Assembly (NCBI GenBank): GCA_036351155.1
Contig: JAZBOO010000369.1
Span: forward strand, 1-31,945
Reading direction: 5' to 3'
DNA: 31,945 nucleotides
DNA from: Candidatus Krumholzibacteriia bacterium
GTDB lineage: Bacteria; Krumholzibacteriota; Krumholzibacteriia; LZORAL124-64-63
The translations under genes were made by a program, and so were the position numbers. The first letter of the stretch is position 1. Each line of letters opens with the position of its first letter. The notes under the pieces were generated by a model. It made no database searches and was not told where the DNA came from. It saw only the letters and a program-made list of their open reading frames with translations. Shown in pieces: positions 7,989 through 15,568 of this stretch.

Positions 7989-10162
7989 GCCTTGTTCTCC
8001 TTGAATAGATTGCCACCCAGCATGTGGCCGGGCACGGCAATCCCGAAGGTTTCCAGGATGGTGGGGGCCAGGTCGATCAGGGCCGGGCGCTGCCGTTTCA
8101 GCGGACGGTTGGCGAACACGATGCCCGGTACCTGAGCCGGGTCCATGCAGTGATCGCCCGACCAGGCCCGGCGATTGTCCCGGATGGCTTCGTCGGTCAA
8201 GCGCCCCACGGCGGCATGCCAGTCGGCGCGGTATCCGCGGGTGTAGCCCACCAGCACGTCGGGTCCGTTTCCGCGGTAGGGCCCCGCGTACACTTCCTGG
8301 GCATCCCAAAGATTGGTGATGGCCACGCCGCCCTGCGGGTCACCGGGATCGGGCAGGCCTCGCAGCTTCTCGATCAGTTCACGCTTCAGAGCCGAGGCGT
8401 TTTCGGGCGGCACACAGCCGTCGGTTTCCCGCCCGGCGATGTTGATGTAAAACCCAGCCAGCCCATTGGTGTAGGCCCGGGTACGGGTCCAGTCGATCTC
8501 CCTGGCGTCCACTCTTTGCCCGGGTTCAAGGGCGGGGGCCGGTCCTTCGGGGGGGTCACTCTTGAGATAGAGGTAACCGTGGTCCCGGAACCAGGTGTTC
8601 AGGTTAACTCCTCGGCGGAAGTTGGCGAATCCGTGGTCCGAAACCACAAGCAGCAAGTCGTTCTTGCCGCACCGGGCCAGGGTTTCCCCGGTCAGGCGGT
8701 CGGCCTCGATGTAGATGTCCTCGATGGCCCGGGCGTACACCTCGGTGTCCTGGCCCACGTTGGCCGGGTGTTCGGGATCGCGGTACCGCCAGAACATGTG
8801 CTGGATGCGATCGGTGGCATCGAACACCACCGCAACCACGCCGGTGGGGTTGCGGTCCAGAGCGTGGAAGAACATGGTCTGCCGCTCTTCATGGATCGCG
8901 TAGGCCTGGTCCAGGAAAGCCTTCTCGTCGATGACCCGCTCGTTCAGCGCCCAGGTGTCCTCGGCCAGTCCCAGGGTGGCGAACTTGCCCTGCAGCTTGG
9001 CCAGGGCAATGGCGTAGTGGGGCGGGTTGGCGATGGGCATGTCGGGGTGTTCCGGGTCCAGATTGATGGGCGTGACGTAGACGCCGAAGGGATGGTCGAA
9101 GTCGGTGACCCGGAAGCGGCAGATGCCGTGGGCCCTGCCCCGCCCTTGCCCGAAGGGAACGGCAATCCAGGGCGAGTACTCTTCGGGGCCCAGGGTGAAG
9201 GTGGCCTCTCCCACCGTGAAATGCGCGCGCTGACCAGGGCGGTCAACCTGAACGGTGAAGCCCAGGGTGGCCTCGGCCACGCCTCCGTCGGTGCTGGGCA
9301 GCTCGGGGCCAATCAACTCGCCACCGTACACATCCTTCTCGATTTCCTGGAAAACCAGCCGGTTGCCCCCGGTGGTCTGCCGGCCACCGGCGCCCTTGGT
9401 GGGGGCGGTGTAGTGGCTGAAGGTGCCCTGGGTGCCGCGCAGATCGGGAACACACATGGCCGAAAGCATGTGACCGGCAAAGTTGTCCGGGGGAAAGGTG
9501 ATGGGCACCCGGAGGATGGTGCTGGGCACACCGAAATCGGCCAGCGTTTTCCAGAAGGGGCGGCTGCGGCGCAGCAATTCGATCTTGGCCCGGGGCCGGC
9601 CAATGATCCAGGGCCCCAGCTTGCGCAGCTTGCCGGTGGTCGAGATCCGGGTGGAGGAGAGCACCGGCTGGTGGGTGCGCACATCGCGGGTCAAGAAGTC
9701 GAAGATGTTGTGGCCGCTGGCATCTGTTCCGGTGGCAAAGGTGGACCAGCCCACCGGGGACATGGCCGGCAGGGTGGTGATCAGCTCGTCAAAGCCGCCC
9801 TGGGCTTCCAGCTTCTGGAGGTGGGGCATCAGCCCGCGATCGGCGAACTCCCGAAAAAGCCGGGGATCCAGACCGTCCAGTCCCAGCACCACCACGCGAC
9901 GGGCCTGAGCCCTGGCGCTGCGGCGACGGCCGCGCCAGGTCCGCAAAGCCAGCCGCAGAGGCCAGAGGAACAGTGCACCCAGAGCCAGGAGAATGCCGGC
10001 CAGGGCAAAGAGGAACGATCCGCCCAGGGCAAATCCAGCGCCGGGTCCGATGTACGCCCAGGCGGGGGCGGGCACGAAACACAGGGCCAAGCTCAGAATT
10101 GCGGGAACAAATCCAGGTCGAATCATGCGTTCAGGGGCGGACATTCCGGACATTGAGGTCAC
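7985..10162 (-). CDS. Alkaline phosphatase superfamily / NPP-type protein with N-terminal signal + YIGPG-TM anchor
   Basis: VVLGLDG, TTLPAMSPVGWSTFATG, DRIQH, VSDHGF, WSGDH. Exact start uncertain (10162, 10153, 10144 or 10126). Confidence 0.92.
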   Translation of the reverse strand: MTSMSGMSAPERMIRPGFVPAILSLALCFVPAPAWAYIGPGAGFALGGSFLFALAGILLALGALFLWPLRLALRTWRGRRRSARAQARRVVVLGLDGLDPRLFREFADRGLMPHLQKLEAQGGFDELITTLPAMSPVGWSTFATGTDASGHNIFDFLTRDVRTHQPVLSSTRISTTGKLRKLGPWIIGRPRAKIELLRRSRPFWKTLADFGVPSTILRVPITFPPDNFAGHMLSAMCVPDLRGTQGTFSHYTAPTKGAGGRQTTGGNRLVFQEIEKDVYGGELIGPELPSTDGGVAEATLGFTVQVDRPGQRAHFTVGEATFTLGPEEYSPWIAVPFGQGRGRAHGICRFRVTDFDHPFGVYVTPINLDPEHPDMPIANPPHYAIALAKLQGKFATLGLAEDTWALNERVIDEKAFLDQAYAIHEERQTMFFHALDRNPTGVVAVVFDATDRIQHMFWRYRDPEHPANVGQDTEVYARAIEDIYIEADRLTGETLARCGKNDLLLVVSDHGFANFRRGVNLNTWFRDHGYLYLKSDPPEGPAPALEPGQRVDAREIDWTRTRAYTNGLAGFYINIAGRETDGCVPPENASALKRELIEKLRGLPDPGDPQGGVAITNLWDAQEVYAGPYRGNGPDVLVGYTRGYRADWHAAVGRLTDEAIRDNRRAWSGDHCMDPAQVPGIVFANRPLKRQRPALIDLAPTILETFGIAVPGHMLGGNLFKENKA

Positions 10163-10228
10163 GCGGGCTTCCCAGAATCGAAAGGAGAAAAAAAGCGCAA
10201 AAAACGGCTGCGCATCAGGGAAAAGGAG

Positions 10229-10248
10229 CCTGAACAGGCTAGTTCAGG
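10229..10248. promoter_or_regulatory. Candidate operator: inverted repeat CCTGAAC-N6-GTTCAGG
   Basis: Perfect 7-bp arms; the 6-bp spacer is exactly the predicted -10 hexamer. Confidence 0.55.
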
Positions 10249-10264
10249 GGAGGTGCCGTGTCAA
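10236..10264 (-). promoter_or_regulatory. sigma70-type promoter TTGACA-N17-TAGCCT for the AlkP/RHH operon
   Basis: Perfect -35 (plus strand tgtcaa 10259-10264), 17-bp spacer, -10 TAGCCT (plus strand aggcta 10236-10241). Confidence 0.65.
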
Positions 10265-10322
10265 GAATACAGGCCGGACCAGGACCCACACAGCTGGTGT
10301 GGGATTCAGGCCAAACCGGAGG

Positions 10323-10350
10323 ATGACCGCCGCAGAAAATGGCTTATAAT
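10323..10350 (+). promoter_or_regulatory. Possible sigma70 promoter (ATGACC-N16-TATAAT) for the AlkP lipoprotein gene
   Basis: Consensus TATAAT at 10345-10350 in GC-rich DNA, 45 nt upstream of ATG 10396; weak -35. Confidence 0.45.
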
Positions 10351-10395
10351 TGAAGGGAACCAGAAATCAGAAACCCTGGCGGATGGGATCGGACG

Positions 10396-11682
10396 ATGAA
10401 AACAGTTTTCCTGGCAGTTGTTCTGGCTTGTGTCGTGTGGAGTGTGGGTGGATGCGGCGGAACGGCCGAAAGCCCTGACCCCGAGGCGCGCAAGTTGCTG
10501 ATCATCGGGATCGATTCGGCCGACTGGCGTTTGCTGCGCCCGATGGTCGAGGAGGGACGGCTACCCCATCTGAAGGGTTTCATGGATCAGTCGACCCACG
10601 GCCGCATGAAGACGTTTTTCCCTTTCGAAAAGTCGCCCCTCCTCTGGGCCAGTATCAGCACCGGGGTCAAGCCCGAGGTGCACGGTGTGCTGGGCATGGT
10701 CAAGGGTTCGAATCAGGAACCGGTCCGCGGCAGTGCCTGGTACGCGCCGGCATTGTGGGACATCATCGGGGCGGCCGACCTGAGCACCAGCCTGGTGGGC
10801 ATGTGGACCACCTATCCAGCTCGGCCCATCAACGGGGTCATGGTCAGCGATTACCTGCCCTACGGCTCCCACCGGGACAAGCCCCTGGAAGGTTTGGTGT
10901 ACCCGGCGGAAATGACCGATGCCGTGGTGGCCCAGAGGGTGGACCCCGCCTCGTTGACGGATGAGGAACTGTCCCGGTTCATCGACCCGGAACACCTGGC
11001 TGCGGCCAAGGAAAAGTATCCGCGGGAAGTGGAACAGCTGCGCGAGGTCTGGGCCTCGGATCTGAGTTACCTGAACGTCAATCGTCTGCTGGCCCAGGGC
11101 GATCCCTACGACCTGTTCTTCTTCTACCTGCGCGGGCCCGATATGATCAGCCACCACTTCTACAAGTACCTGGCGCCCGAGAAGGGGCACGTCCATATCA
11201 ATGAAGACGAAGGTCAGTTCTTCGCCCACGTGGTCGAACGCTACTACGAATGGGCCGATGAGGTGACCGGCGAGGTGCTGGGGTGGTTTCCACCCGATCG
11301 CCAGGCGGTCATCCTGTCGGATCATGGCTTCTACGGCCCGCGCAAGTCAGGGCAAAAGGGCTCTCATGAGCACAGCGAATGGGGCATTTTCCTGGTGCGC
11401 AGTCCGCTCTACCAGGCCGATTATCCCTTCAGCCATCTGGAACTCCTGGATATTTGCCCCACCTTCCTGGCCCTGATGGGGCTACCTGCGGCGCAGGACA
11501 TGCCCGGGGTGGTGCTGACCGAGGGGTTGACTCCCGAGGGTCAAAAGAAGGTGGAGAAAATGGAGAAACAGCGCGTGCCCAGCTACCAGCCGCTGCGTCC
11601 GGCGGCCGGACCCGAGGGTGAAGTTGATCCCGGCGTGGACGAGGAGATCAAGAAGCAGCTGCGGAGTCTGGGTTATATCTAG
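10396..11682 (+). CDS. Alkaline phosphatase superfamily / NPP-type putative lipoprotein with C-terminal EEIKKQLRSLGYI tail
   Basis: Lipobox-like VGGC after a hydrophobic stretch. IIGIDSADW, KSPLLWASISTG, DMISH, LSDHGF, HEH, LLDICPT motifs. Confidence 0.9.
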   Translation: MKTVFLAVVLACVVWSVGGCGGTAESPDPEARKLLIIGIDSADWRLLRPMVEEGRLPHLKGFMDQSTHGRMKTFFPFEKSPLLWASISTGVKPEVHGVLGMVKGSNQEPVRGSAWYAPALWDIIGAADLSTSLVGMWTTYPARPINGVMVSDYLPYGSHRDKPLEGLVYPAEMTDAVVAQRVDPASLTDEELSRFIDPEHLAAAKEKYPREVEQLREVWASDLSYLNVNRLLAQGDPYDLFFFYLRGPDMISHHFYKYLAPEKGHVHINEDEGQFFAHVVERYYEWADEVTGEVLGWFPPDRQAVILSDHGFYGPRKSGQKGSHEHSEWGIFLVRSPLYQADYPFSHLELLDICPTFLALMGLPAAQDMPGVVLTEGLTPEGQKKVEKMEKQRVPSYQPLRPAAGPEGEVDPGVDEEIKKQLRSLGYI

Positions 11683-11690
11683 TCTCAACG

Positions 11691-11718
11691 AAGGGCCGGC
11701 CTGACAGCCGGCCCTTTG
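11691..11718. terminator. Intrinsic terminator between convergent genes, likely bidirectional
   Basis: Perfect 10-bp stem AAGGGCCGGC / GCCGGCCCTT, 6-nt loop, short T-rich tails on both strands. Confidence 0.75.
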
Positions 11719-11739
11719 TCTGTTCGGCATCCGGATCGG

Positions 11740-12531
11740 TCACTGGGCATCCTCGGGCATCTCGTATTCCACCACCAGCGGGAATCCCGTCTTGGCGGGA
11801 TAGTACCGCCGCCACACCACCACGGTTTGACCCAGATGTTCGAACTGGAGATTGGGCTCGGGGTCGACACTCAGAACCTTGGCGCCCACAGGTAGCTCCA
11901 CCCGCCGGGTCAGCAGGCGGTCTTCGGGAAAATCTCCCCAGAACTGGTTCCGACATTTGCGACCATCGCAGCTGATCTGACCAGGGAACTCGAAGCGCAG
12001 GGAACCACGCATGGTTTCGCCGGGGAGAATGGGCACGACAAAATCAATGAAAACGTTGTAGAGGTCGGTGCCGGCCCGCGGTTCGATACGCACGTTCAGC
12101 TGATTGCCGAACTGATCGAAGGCCTGCATGGTGCGCATGACAGGCAGCTCCCTTTCCTTTGCGCCGAACATGGCGTAGGTCAGTATCTGGTCGTGGTTGT
12201 TGGTGATCTCCTCGCCGGTCCACATCTCGACAATGCCGTCAACCCTCAGCTGGACCCGCTGCAGATCATTGATCAATGGTTTGCTTTCCTCCTGGTTCGG
12301 GATTCCAGTCTCGCCGTCCACGCTGGCAATTTCCTCGGCCGAAAGCTCGTAAAGCTGGTCCGCTGTCTGCACCAGGTACAGGGAGGGCCGGGTTTGCCTC
12401 AGTACCCCCTTCAAGACCTTTCCGTCCTGAAGTTTGATTTCCGTCGAAGGCGTGTCCGCAGCCTCGAGGGGTGCGCCCGATCCGATCATCAGCAGGGCCA
12501 GCACGAGGATGGTGATTTGGCGGATACTCAT
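11740..12531 (-). CDS. Secreted hypothetical protein, third gene of the ECF operon
   Basis: Signal peptide MSIRQITILVLALLMIGSGAPLEA; TGATG coupling to the anti-sigma gene; beta-rich mature part. Confidence 0.8.
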   Translation of the reverse strand: MSIRQITILVLALLMIGSGAPLEAADTPSTEIKLQDGKVLKGVLRQTRPSLYLVQTADQLYELSAEEIASVDGETGIPNQEESKPLINDLQRVQLRVDGIVEMWTGEEITNNHDQILTYAMFGAKERELPVMRTMQAFDQFGNQLNVRIEPRAGTDLYNVFIDFVVPILPGETMRGSLRFEFPGQISCDGRKCRNQFWGDFPEDRLLTRRVELPVGAKVLSVDPEPNLQFEHLGQTVVVWRRYYPAKTGFPLVVEYEMPEDAQ

Positions 12532-13025
12532 CAGGAACTCCTTCCGTTGGTCCTGTTCAGCACGATGCCGCCGAACTTGACCGGGGTGACCTGGCCCGCC
12601 TGCTCACCGAACCGGGTCACGACCACGCGTGCCGGTGTGGTGAAAGGGGCCGTCTGGTGGGCGGGCTGCTGGTTGTCCAGCATGCCCGGAACCAGAACGG
12701 CCAGGGCCAGTGAAGCTGCGGCGGCAAGGGCCAGGGGCCAGCGGGCACGGCGCCACCAGCGGGAGTCGGGACTCCCGGGCGTGCGCCCCACCTGATCGCC
12801 TCTCACCCTCGCGGCCGCTGCGGACAGGATGCGGTCCTGCAAATCCACCGGGGCGGTCACCCTGGGTCGGGAGGCGGCCAGCCGGCGCAAGGCACGTCGG
12901 CTTTCCAGTTCCCGCCCGCAGGCCGCACACTCTTCCAGATGGGCTTCCAGGAGCTTGATGTCGCCGGAGGCCAGTTCGCCATCGACGTACGCATCCAGTT
13001 TCTTATCCATTGATTCACAGCGCAT
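12531..13025 (-). CDS. Zinc-binding (ZAS, zf-HC2) transmembrane anti-sigma factor
   Basis: C...LDAYVDGEL...HLEECAAC (HxxxCxxC); single TM WPLALAAAASLALAVLV; directly follows the ECF sigma. Confidence 0.92.
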   Translation of the reverse strand: MRCESMDKKLDAYVDGELASGDIKLLEAHLEECAACGRELESRRALRRLAASRPRVTAPVDLQDRILSAAAARVRGDQVGRTPGSPDSRWWRRARWPLALAAAASLALAVLVPGMLDNQQPAHQTAPFTTPARVVVTRFGEQAGQVTPVKFGGIVLNRTNGRSS

Positions 13026-13527
13026 GGCCGGACTCCTTCAGGTGAGCGCGGAGTCTTTGCACCGCCAGGTGTTTACGTGAAGCCACGGTTCCGGTCGGAC
13101 AATCCACGACTTCGGCGATGTGCGCGTAACTCAACCCTTCCACTTCCGAAAGGTGAAACACCACCCGGAAGTCCTCGGGCAAGGCTTCCAGAGCGGCGTC
13201 CAGGGCCGCCCCCAGTTCTCTGCTCTCGATCACCCGATCCGGGGCCTCGGCGCGTGAGCTTTTGCCCTGGAGATTCAGCTCGTCGTGGGTCAACACTTCC
13301 ACGTGCTTGCGTTCCAGCTTGCGGCGGCGCAGCCAGGAAAGAGCGGTGTTGCGGGCCGTGGCCAGAACATAGGCCTCACTGGGTAATTCATTGCTGCGGG
13401 GGAGGTCCTGCAATTTCAGGAAGGTGTCCTGTGTAAGGTCGGCAGCAGTGTCACGATCCTGGATCAGGACGCACAGGAAGCGGAACACCTGATCCAGATA
13501 TTGATCGGTCAGCTGCTGGATGCTCAT
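13015..13527 (-). CDS. ECF (sigma70 group 4) RNA polymerase sigma factor
   Basis: Region 2 AADLTQDTFLK...ARN; region 4 LPEDFRVVFHL...GLSYAHIAEVVDCPTGTVASR; RBS AAAGGGGG. Confidence 0.95.
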   Translation of the reverse strand: MSIQQLTDQYLDQVFRFLCVLIQDRDTAADLTQDTFLKLQDLPRSNELPSEAYVLATARNTALSWLRRRKLERKHVEVLTHDELNLQGKSSRAEAPDRVIESRELGAALDAALEALPEDFRVVFHLSEVEGLSYAHIAEVVDCPTGTVASRKHLAVQRLRAHLKESGHAL

Positions 13528-13575
13528 GTTCCCCCCTTTCCCGCCGTGGGCAAATCCTCGGGCATTCTGAAGGGG

Positions 13576-13603
13576 TAGACGTCTGGGCTCGGAAATTCTT
13601 CAC
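13576..13603 (-). promoter_or_regulatory. Candidate ECF-type (autoregulatory) promoter GTGAAG-N16-CGTCTA
   Basis: TGAA-type -35 and CGTC -10 at ECF-like spacing, about 50 nt upstream of the sigma start codon. Confidence 0.55.
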
Positions 13604-13647
13604 GGATTCTTGAAAAAAGATTTCCGGCCCGGGACGCGACAGGGAAT

Positions 13648-14637
13648 TCAGCGCACCCCGGAGGTCGGGTATTCCAGATTGATCGACCATCCCGAGCTGG
13701 CCCGTTGCCCTTGCAAATCTTCCTTGAAAGCATAGATAGCCAGAATGTATTCCTGTCCCTCCTCGGGAAACACCAGGATGGTGTCCCGGGTGGAAACGCT
13801 GTGGATGGGGGCTCCGGATATTGGGCCAAAGGCCAGGGTGAAGGCCTCGGCCTCGGGACACTCCCAGCTCACCGCCAGTTGCCTTGCGGGCAACAGCTCG
13901 TACTGCACTTCAGGCAGAGGCAAGACCAGGTTCGCATTCAGGTCAACACGGGCTTCGTGGCGGCGGTCCCCGTTGATGAATTCCAGCTCGTAGGTTCCAG
14001 TCGCCGCGCTGCGGTCAATCAAGCCGATGTAGTAGGAGCCCCAGGAGCGACGGAACTCGTGGTCATTGTTCCAGCCTTCGGGGCCGCGGATCACCAGGGT
14101 GCCGCTGGGCCGGAACCGGTTGGCGCGACCGAACCGAAAGAACACGCTGCGGTAACCCGGGTGCTGGTGGTGGATCCCGCCGGTGACCTCCCAGTAGTGC
14201 AGGGGCCAGGCGGTGGCGGCCACCTCTGCCGTGTAGGGTGAATGCCCCTCGGCGTTGCGCGCCGCGATGCGGAAAACATAGCTGGAATCGGGCTGGACCG
14301 GGGCATCCCATTGCTGGATGCCGGCCGGGAGGATGTGCCAGAGGGAATAGTCCGATTCGCCGGTTCTTTTCCCCTGGATGACGATCGCGGGCGGGGTCCC
14401 TGTGGTGTCTGCCCAGACCAGCTGCAAGAAGGTGTCGCCCACCTCAGCCACCTGAAAGTCCGCCGGCACAGACAGTTGCTCAGCTGTCAGGGCGGGGCCC
14501 TCGTCCACGTAGGGCATGGGGTTCAGTGGAGTCTCAAATTTTGAGCAGGAAACCAGAGCGAGAAGAGCCCAGATCAGGGTCGACAATACCAGGAGAGCGG
14601 GTCCCCCGGCACGAAACTGGCGACAATAATACGACAT
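13648..14637 (-). CDS. Lipoprotein with fibronectin type III domain(s)
   Basis: RBS AAAGGAGG; lipobox LVSC; FN3 pattern P..F.V...LQLVW...YVFRIAARNAEGHSPY. Confidence 0.8.
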   Translation of the reverse strand: MSYYCRQFRAGGPALLVLSTLIWALLALVSCSKFETPLNPMPYVDEGPALTAEQLSVPADFQVAEVGDTFLQLVWADTTGTPPAIVIQGKRTGESDYSLWHILPAGIQQWDAPVQPDSSYVFRIAARNAEGHSPYTAEVAATAWPLHYWEVTGGIHHQHPGYRSVFFRFGRANRFRPSGTLVIRGPEGWNNDHEFRRSWGSYYIGLIDRSAATGTYELEFINGDRRHEARVDLNANLVLPLPEVQYELLPARQLAVSWECPEAEAFTLAFGPISGAPIHSVSTRDTILVFPEEGQEYILAIYAFKEDLQGQRASSGWSINLEYPTSGVR

Positions 14638-14791
14638 GAATCCTCCTTTCCCGGGGCTATTGTGACATCAGCACCCGCCTCAGACCACAGAAAAAGGCCC
14701 GGATTATTATCTGTTCCCATGGCGGGTCGGTGAAAATTGCGCGAAATTTTCAGCAGATAATTGAATCATTCACCCACGAGGGGAGATCAAT

Positions 14792-15568
14792 ATGAAGACC
14801 GTTGTCATGCTCACTGTCCTGGGCCTTCTGGGTGCCGGTGCCGCACAGGCGGAAGTCGTCAACAAGATTGTCACCTTCGAGCAGGACGGAACCGTGCTGG
14901 AGGGATACCTGGCCTGGGACGATGCTCTAGAGGGCCCGCGACCCGGCGTGCTGGTGGTGCATCAGTGGAAGGGCTTGAGCGACAACGAGCGCATGCGCGC
15001 GGACATGCTGGCCGAACTGGGTTACGTGGCCCTGGCCACAGACATCTACGGTCAGGGTATCAGGCCGGCGAACACCGCGGAGGCGAGCGCCCAGGCCGGC
15101 AAGTATTACGGCGACCTCCCTCTGTACCGGGCCCGGCTGCAGGCGGGACTGGACCACCTGAAAAGCCAGCCGGGAGTGGATCCCGGTCGCCTGGCCGCCA
15201 TCGGCTACTGTTTCGGGGGCAAGGGTGTCCTGGAACTGGCCCGCAGCGGCGCCGAGGTGGCGGGTGTGGTGAGCTTCCACGGCAACCTGGACACCGCGAT
15301 GCCGGCGGCTGATGGGGACGTCAAGGGCAAGGTGCTGGTCTGCCACGGGGCGGTCGATCCCTACGTGAAGCCCGAGGCGGTGCAGGCGTTCCTGTCGGAG
15401 ATGGAGGCGGTCAATGCGGACTACCAGCTGATCATGTATTCGGGCGCGGTGCATGCCTTCACGCAGGTAGGCGCGGGGAATGACCCCGCCAAGGGAGCCG
15501 CTTACAACGAGGCGGCCGACCATCGGTCCTGGATCGCCATGAAGGCTTTCTTCGCCGAGATCTTCTAG
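14792..15568 (+). CDS. Dienelactone hydrolase family protein, secreted
   Basis: Signal peptide; GYCFGG nucleophile motif, HGAVDP and AVHAF (Cys-Asp-His triad); RBS GAGGGGAG. Confidence 0.95.
   Translation: MKTVVMLTVLGLLGAGAAQAEVVNKIVTFEQDGTVLEGYLAWDDALEGPRPGVLVVHQWKGLSDNERMRADMLAELGYVALATDIYGQGIRPANTAEASAQAGKYYGDLPLYRARLQAGLDHLKSQPGVDPGRLAAIGYCFGGKGVLELARSGAEVAGVVSFHGNLDTAMPAADGDVKGKVLVCHGAVDPYVKPEAVQAFLSEMEAVNADYQLIMYSGAVHAFTQVGAGNDPAKGAAYNEAADHRSWIAMKAFFAEIF

Noticed and set aside
7989..8309. N-terminal extension of the 760-aa ORF (likewise 1334-1462, 6031-6198, 21731-21799, 22047-22085)
   Set aside because: They overlap the upstream gene or promoter; downstream starts have RBSs, coupling or signal peptides.
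14698..14708. CCCGGATTATT, similar to the left end of the MITE-like element
   Set aside because: Only 10 of 11 bases match, with no partner repeat or CTAG flank.
15565..15568. Convergent genes sharing a CTAG (overlapping stop codons)
   Set aside because: A common compact arrangement; no evidence of an insertion or of regulation.
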